Virus record (IMG/VR): IMGVR_UViG_3300037504_000366
From: an uncultured virus (IMG/VR IMGVR_UViG_3300037504_000366)
Taxonomy: Duplodnaviria; Heunggongvirae; Uroviricota; Caudoviricetes
Strand: one strand, 5' to 3'
Length of the DNA stretch: 64,000 nt
Part shown: positions 59,055 to 64,000 of the stretch, in pieces
Numbering within the stretch: the stretch's first letter is position 1
How the letters are laid out: each line of letters starts with the position of its first letter
The notes under the pieces: model-generated
What the model saw: only the letters and a program-made list of their open reading frames with translations
Databases searched by the model: none
Told to the model about the DNA's origin: nothing
Translations under genes and position numbers: made by a program

Positions 59055-61058
59055 CTAGAATACGACCTTAACAGGTCTGCCATCTACTTTCAGCACAAGA
59101 GAGTTCCTCTCAGTTGTGCTAAATCCAATACCGGACAGTTGGTTCTCGTCCGGTGCCACTTTCATTCGGTTCACAAGAGCCTCGAACACGCGCCTGTGTG
59201 GCCTTAGAGACTCTGGTAGATACTCGTTAAAGAACCCAGATGGTTCCTCGTCGGCCTGGGCACCCTGCAAGAAAAAGAATAGGTGGCGATGCCCGCTCTG
59301 AGCAGCGTTTGACCAGTAGTTGGGGGACCAGGTAACCGCACTCACGGGCACGAATGTGCCGCTCTTGAGACCCCACATCTCTCTCTGAGAAACGGATGAC
59401 TCCAGGATGCCGTCGATGGAAATTTCATTGCCGACAACGATCTTGGCAACTTGCACATCCTCTTTCGTTCTCATTGCTTTGTTGTACTCGAACTCGTGGA
59501 TCTGGCCATCGATCTCCACCTCTGCCCGGAACCCGCTGGTACCGCCCCGATAGGTGTAACATCTGACAAACAGCTTGTATACGCCATCCACCATCCTGTG
59601 CAGGACTGGGTACGTAATGTTTTCCACCGCCATCTGGCCATCTGGTAGGAGATCCGGGTGAATGATGTCGATATCCAGATTGCCCAATGTAATGCCAGAT
59701 CGCATTCTCTGCCAATATATGTGGGTTCCGCCTGGCTCGATAACGTGCGCATCCAGATCGTCATTGTGGTCCCAGGCCAACGAGAACCTAAGGACGCCAA
59801 TCTTTCCGCCCAGCTCCTTGACTCTGTTACGTATACTGGATGTAACGTTCCCGTTGTATGCCCACCCAAACGGATTCTCCCACTTGAACAAGGTCGGTGC
59901 ATCCAGGTTGACTGGCGCAGTGAGAGAGACAAGATTGCGCTCGTGTCGGTTTTCGAGCAGGGCCTCGATTGAGGTAGCCCCCGGCAACACTCTGTCAACA
60001 AAGAACTCCACGCTAATACCGGGTAAGTGCTCGAACTTGTCTGTACTCACAGGCGCATCGCTCGCCAACTGCTTAAACGGACTCAGGTCACCATCTGCTG
60101 TTACAGCATCCGGGTTGGCCCAAATGACATCCTTTATGTGGATGTCGTCGATTCGCGCATATCGTCTCTCAAGCGACCCAAGGATGCCGAGATCCTCTGC
60201 GGCCCTCTCTGCCCTCTTGACCATTGCGCGTGTGTGAACCGGCTTGGGGCGTTTGTAGTTTCTTGGAGCTACTATCGACTCGTAGCGCTTCACTGCCTCC
60301 ACCACGTCCCCGCCTTCAATATCAGTGAGCAGAACGCCCATAGAGTGATTTCTCAGACGGCTCGCGGCACCGCTAATCCGATACGACTTTAGCCATAGGT
60401 AAGCATCCTTGTTCTCAACGGTGCTATACTCTTGTTGGGCCTGCCGGAAAGCAGTCAGCGCCGGTTTCCATTCGTCGCCACGATACAAACTCTTTTCAGC
60501 AATCAGGTCTAAGACTGTGTCAACAGCCTCGGGACTAATCTCATTCAAGGACCGCTCAAACACCTCCTTGTCGGCCCTGGCCTCGTTTGCCGCACGGCCA
60601 AGGTGGCCGCGAGTTAAGAACCTGCTTGGCACATCAAGTTGGAAGTGGTACCAGGTCAAGGTTCCATCGCCATCGAGCAGTTCCACGTTCTTGTCTACCC
60701 CGAACGCAGACTGCTTGGTAATGAGCTGGTTCTCAATAGCGGCAGTGTGTACCGCTTTGCTCAGCGCATCTACAACTGGTTGGTACTTTGCACCAGCGTC
60801 GAAATCCCAGATACTCACAATCTGGTAATTATCGTTGATAGCCACCACGCCTCCGAACTGGCGGACAAATTGTTTACACCCTTCGCAGTCGTGCTCTGTG
60901 CGTTCGCGGAATTGCGGGTTGTCCCCAGGTGCGAACGAGTTCAGGTAGAGATCCCACAGCTCATCTCCTGGGATTTCTACGATGAACAGACGGTCTTTTC
61001 CCTCTACCATCTTTCTGAAATGCTCCCTCATTTTATCTCTGAAACTCTCAAAGTCCAT
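59055..61058 (-). CDS. Large phage protein with YfaP/DUF2135-like domain
   Basis: HDCEGCKQF; LRFSLAW..DDLDAHVIEPGG.HIY...LDIDI...VENITY. Confidence 0.7.
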   Translation of the reverse strand: MDFESFRDKMREHFRKMVEGKDRLFIVEIPGDELWDLYLNSFAPGDNPQFRERTEHDCEGCKQFVRQFGGVVAINDNYQIVSIWDFDAGAKYQPVVDALSKAVHTAAIENQLITKQSAFGVDKNVELLDGDGTLTWYHFQLDVPSRFLTRGHLGRAANEARADKEVFERSLNEISPEAVDTVLDLIAEKSLYRGDEWKPALTAFRQAQQEYSTVENKDAYLWLKSYRISGAASRLRNHSMGVLLTDIEGGDVVEAVKRYESIVAPRNYKRPKPVHTRAMVKRAERAAEDLGILGSLERRYARIDDIHIKDVIWANPDAVTADGDLSPFKQLASDAPVSTDKFEHLPGISVEFFVDRVLPGATSIEALLENRHERNLVSLTAPVNLDAPTLFKWENPFGWAYNGNVTSSIRNRVKELGGKIGVLRFSLAWDHNDDLDAHVIEPGGTHIYWQRMRSGITLGNLDIDIIHPDLLPDGQMAVENITYPVLHRMVDGVYKLFVRCYTYRGGTSGFRAEVEIDGQIHEFEYNKAMRTKEDVQVAKIVVGNEISIDGILESSVSQREMWGLKSGTFVPVSAVTWSPNYWSNAAQSGHRHLFFFLQGAQADEEPSGFFNEYLPESLRPHRRVFEALVNRMKVAPDENQLSGIGFSTTERNSLVLKVDGRPVKVVF

Positions 61059-61104
61059 TACCCTCTCCTTTCAGTTGTTTAATATCCACTCGCCAGCGGC
61101 GTTT

Positions 61105-61446
61105 TTAACCACTTATCTTTTCTGCCAGGAGGGCTACCTCATCACTGTTTGGAAAGTTCACATGTACACCTGTGGTTAACACAGTGATGTGTGCCTCAAC
61201 TCCCTGCGTCTCCAGTGCGGAAAGCAACTCTTCTGCCGCAGAAGCCTTCTCTTCCATCCGAGGGTCAGTAGCAGGATAGTGGAGTCTGTCGGGAGACACG
61301 TTTCTTGTGCTCCCGTCTTGCATCTCGATCTCAACATCTCCGCTCCCGTCCACGTTGGTAATCTCGCACCACCGTGGAACGGGCAGGCGATTGTTGATGT
61401 AGATGACCCTGTCCCCAACGCTTGCTCTAGCATCTTTCTCGTTCAA
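61105..61446 (-). CDS. Hypothetical protein (SH3/Tudor-like N-terminus)
   Basis: VGDRVIY...VEIEMQDGSTRNV. Confidence 0.55.
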   Translation of the reverse strand: MNEKDARASVGDRVIYINNRLPVPRWCEITNVDGSGDVEIEMQDGSTRNVSPDRLHYPATDPRMEEKASAAEELLSALETQGVEAHITVLTTGVHVNFPNSDEVALLAEKISG

Positions 61447-61524
61447 GAGCTGCCTCCAATCGGTGAACGATGAGTCCGAACACTATCATATCGCGACCCT
61501 CTAGATCTCTCACCACGATGTATT

Positions 61525-62178
61525 TCATTTCAACAGCCCCTCATAGAGTCTGTCCAGAACATCCCACTCTCGGTCGCCCAGGCCGAGATCGAATGCGTCC
61601 ATCTGGTTTTTGAAATCATCGCGGTCGCATACGCCACGATCCACGATATCCGCCAAGATAGTTAGCACGTCGCTAAGATGGCTACTGTCTCCGTACACCC
61701 CTCTGCCGTGGTACTTGATACACCTTATTAGGGCGCTGATAGGGTACTCGGATCCACAGTACCAAGTGGTGTAGGATTTGGTAGCGGCCCACCAGTCCGC
61801 CGTCCACTCAATATCTATCACGTCCAGGCTGTGCTCTGTTACCCTTATATGAGCGCCCACCTGAACGTGCGCAAAGTCAAATTGCTCGATGAGGGGTGCC
61901 AGGCCCCCAAAGTAAAAGCTACAGAGCTGCACTGGTACCAGCTCTTCCGAGAATCTCAGTGTGGTAGCGTTGGGTGTTGTGGATTCTTTTATATCATCTT
62001 GGATATTTAGCAACACTTCAGCAAACGATCCATCTGTCGGGTAAACATCCAGATCGTTTAGCGGTGCGTTGTTTAGGCTATTGCCTGCCAAGTAGAACCC
62101 CAGCAGGCCGATACTAACAAAGCATCGCCGATATGGGAGCAGCCTGTCTATAACCCTCTTTTTAATCTCGCCTTTCAT
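61525..62178 (-). CDS. Nucleotidyltransferase-like protein
   Basis: YLAGNSL...NDLDVY, IEQFDFAHVQ, RCIKY..RG. Confidence 0.6.
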   Translation of the reverse strand: MKGEIKKRVIDRLLPYRRCFVSIGLLGFYLAGNSLNNAPLNDLDVYPTDGSFAEVLLNIQDDIKESTTPNATTLRFSEELVPVQLCSFYFGGLAPLIEQFDFAHVQVGAHIRVTEHSLDVIDIEWTADWWAATKSYTTWYCGSEYPISALIRCIKYHGRGVYGDSSHLSDVLTILADIVDRGVCDRDDFKNQMDAFDLGLGDREWDVLDRLYEGLLK

Positions 62179-62564
62179 AGTGAAACCCTCTCCATAATAC
62201 CCCTGCCGAGTACGTCGATCCACTCACAGACGTTGGCCTCTACGTAGATCGTCTCTACTCCGTCTTTTACCAAGCTGTTTCTGGGAATGGTAATCTGTAC
62301 GCCCTTGGGCAAGACATAGCCAACCACATGATCACTGGACAAGGTCAGCATCTGGAATGTGGCATCCTCCCTAGACATTCCAGTGAGGCCCTCCCACATC
62401 GTCCAGGCATCGCGAATGGACACTGCGATTATTACCGTCTCGTTTTTGTCCCAGTATGCACTCAGGCCCCCCATCGCTATCTCTGAAATAGCAATCATCG
62501 CGTTGGACGAGTCGATTTTGCATCGTCTCCAGTCACGTAGAATATCGTATATGCTCTTGGTCAC
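62175..62564 (-). CDS. Hypothetical protein
   Basis: Coupled overlaps on both sides. Confidence 0.55.
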   Translation of the reverse strand: MTKSIYDILRDWRRCKIDSSNAMIAISEIAMGGLSAYWDKNETVIIAVSIRDAWTMWEGLTGMSREDATFQMLTLSSDHVVGYVLPKGVQITIPRNSLVKDGVETIYVEANVCEWIDVLGRGIMERVSL

Positions 62565-62971
62565 AATAACCTCCCTTGCCTGGCCACCGGTTGTGGATCG
62601 GTCGCCAGCTTAATTAGCTCGCTAGTACCCGCCTCTTGATGCTGTATGATTTCTGCCGCAGAAATTATAAACACTCCCTTGCCTGGCACCTCAACCCTTA
62701 TCTGCCGCAGGCACTCTTTTGTCCAGCCCTCAAGGCACCCCTGGATCAGATCGGCCTCTGTGTTAAAACATAGCTCGATCTGATCCCCGGACTCGCTCAC
62801 GTACGCAATCCCGTTTGGACGATCCTTAGACAGGAACGATTGCGCCGCGCCTACAAGCCGAACTCTGCACGGGTAGAACCCGGTGTGATCGATGAACATC
62901 CTTAACATTTTTCCGCTCCTACGTGGTATACGTAGGAGTATATCACAAGTGCAGCTTTTTGTACAGCTCAC
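62561..62971 (-). CDS. Hypothetical protein
   Basis: ORF on the coding strand; start uncertain. Confidence 0.5.
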   Translation of the reverse strand: MSCTKSCTCDILLRIPRRSGKMLRMFIDHTGFYPCRVRLVGAAQSFLSKDRPNGIAYVSESGDQIELCFNTEADLIQGCLEGWTKECLRQIRVEVPGKGVFIISAAEIIQHQEAGTSELIKLATDPQPVARQGRLL

Positions 62972-63437
62972 TCCAGCTTTTGGATGTCCTCCCTTCCGTA
63001 ATGCGCTGTAGTCGATATAGCACCCGGTCTGCTGGATTGTCGCATATAAGGTAGAGCCTCTCTATGGCGAGCAAGAGATGATACGACCTACTTCGAGGGT
63101 TAATGTATCCATTTATGATCGATTTTATGATCGTGATCACGTTGTCGGTGTTGGGATTGTATGCTCCATAAACAGCGCTGGCACCATCGAGGGTCTCATC
63201 CATTCCCTTGATGCTAAACAACATCATTAGGGTATCACCTACCTCGTCTTGCAGTGTGTCTTTTTCTCTTGCCCTCACATCGTTCTGCCTCAGAAGGCGC
63301 AACAGCGCATCCAACAGCTCAGATGCCTCTGTAATGGCATACAGAATACAGTCTGCCTCTCCAGGCCAGGCGAACTCATCCTTGATCCAAGCTCGCCAGG
63401 TTTGCACCGCTGCATACAGCTCTTTAGGTGTGTTCAT
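62943..63437 (-). CDS. MazG-like NTP pyrophosphohydrolase
   Basis: YAITEASELLD...QDEVGDTLMML (ExxE...ExxD). Confidence 0.65.
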   Translation of the reverse strand: MNTPKELYAAVQTWRAWIKDEFAWPGEADCILYAITEASELLDALLRLLRQNDVRAREKDTLQDEVGDTLMMLFSIKGMDETLDGASAVYGAYNPNTDNVITIIKSIINGYINPRSRSYHLLLAIERLYLICDNPADRVLYRLQRITEGRTSKSWSELYKKLHL

Positions 63438-63726
63438 TCTTTAACTCCCCTAGCGTCTTGGGCTTGAAATGCAGATCCCGTTCAACTGGTAACCCAAACG
63501 GCCCACGAATGCTCTTTAACTCGGACAGGGTAAAGTACCCCAGTTCGGGATAGTGGCCTACGACCAACCCAAAGAACAAGTCCTCCCCATCAAACTCGCT
63601 AGCATACCAGGTCCAACCGCTATCCGGCGTAAAGAACTTGACCTGCGCTATGGCCTCTAGTCCCTTTTCCTCTTGCGAGTATAAGGGCGGCAGGTTTCCC
63701 ATAATCTTTTTGGTCAGTAGTTTCAT
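63424..63726 (-). CDS. DUF2958 family protein
   Basis: LPPLYSQE, VKFFTPDSGWTWYASE, ELGYFTLSEL, VERDLHF. Confidence 0.88.
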   Translation of the reverse strand: MKLLTKKIMGNLPPLYSQEEKGLEAIAQVKFFTPDSGWTWYASEFDGEDLFFGLVVGHYPELGYFTLSELKSIRGPFGLPVERDLHFKPKTLGELKNEHT

Positions 63727-63965
63727 CGTCTGCTCCCAAATAGTGTGGATATAGCATCTAGGGCCATCTCACGCATCCGCTCCCGCCCTGCCTCGGTGGG
63801 CGTGAGTCGTAGCGTCCATTGTTCACCGTCATCCAGAACAGTCATCTTTGTCCAATCCAGGCGGCTGATGCGGATTGCCTCTTCCTCGTCACAAGATAGG
63901 GCATATAAAACCCTGATCTGCCTCTCGCGACGCTGCTGCTCCGGTGTGAGGTTAGACATATCCAC
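63723..63965 (-). CDS. Hypothetical protein
   Basis: SD GGGGAGG; ATGA overlap. Confidence 0.55.
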   Translation of the reverse strand: MDMSNLTPEQQRRERQIRVLYALSCDEEEAIRISRLDWTKMTVLDDGEQWTLRLTPTEAGRERMREMALDAISTLFGSRR

Positions 63966-64000
63966 ACCTCCCCATTCATCTTTCAGCGATCCATTCCCCG

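Larger units (their letters stand above)
980..63295. repeat. Dispersed 13-bp palindromic motif TTCTGC(C/G)GCAGAA
   Basis: Exact copies start at 980, 3707, 4868, 6300, 15553, 17429, 25284, 29775, 33928, 40261, 45546, 46703, 49738, 50536, 53599, 56145, 58103, 61231, 62651. One-mismatch copies start at 2260, 5603, 22377, 28226, 38326, 42747, 52243, 63283. Confidence 0.97.
1..64000. mobile_element. Tailed dsDNA bacteriophage genome (partial), siphovirus-type gene order
   Basis: Terminase-portal-scaffold-capsid-tail tube-chaperone-tape measure-tail fibre order on +; RecA/DnaB/nuclease genes on -; dense gene packing; no host housekeeping genes. Confidence 0.95.

Noticed and set aside
980..63295. 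Dispersed palindrome as a CRISPR array or REP/IS ends
   Set aside because: Only 13 bp, spaced 0.7-9 kb apart, inside ORFs, with no spacer periodicity, shared flanks or transposase
980..63295. Palindrome as a by-product of a repeated peptide or codon bias
   Set aside because: Occurs in all three frames of unrelated proteins on both strands
1..64000. tRNA/rRNA genes, integrase/att sites, second (non-virion) RNA polymerase
   Set aside because: None recognised by eye; a tRNAscan/HMM run and the rest of the genome are needed to exclude them
1..64000. Impression that GATC and CTAG are not avoided
   Set aside because: Cannot be quantified without k-mer counts, so no claim is made

Overview
The window is most of a tailed dsDNA phage genome of siphovirus-type layout. 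The host is unknown; Chloroflexota is a tentative guess from the lysin architecture. The + strand arm (253-40281) carries an adenine methylase, a glycosyl/sulfo/methyl-transferase cluster, a multidomain lysin, terminase, portal, head and tail genes and a holin. The - strand arm (40378-63965) carries recombination, replication and nucleotide-metabolism genes plus many hypotheticals. The arms converge at a terminator hairpin (~40307-40335) and diverge at a G/C-tract, hairpin-rich region (24-252). Two signals stand out. (1) The 2693-aa protein in the tape-measure position has, N-terminal to a Pro-rich linker, the catalytic double-psi beta-barrel of a two-barrel RNA polymerase (RFP...GDVDGD), suggesting a tape-measure-fused virion RNAP. 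(2) A 13-bp palindrome, TTCTGC(C/G)GCAGAA, occurs at least 19 times exactly plus 8 single-mismatch copies, embedded in unrelated genes in all three reading frames. No integrase, DNA polymerase, primase, tRNA or CRISPR array was recognised. All calls come from reading motifs by eye; no searches were run.
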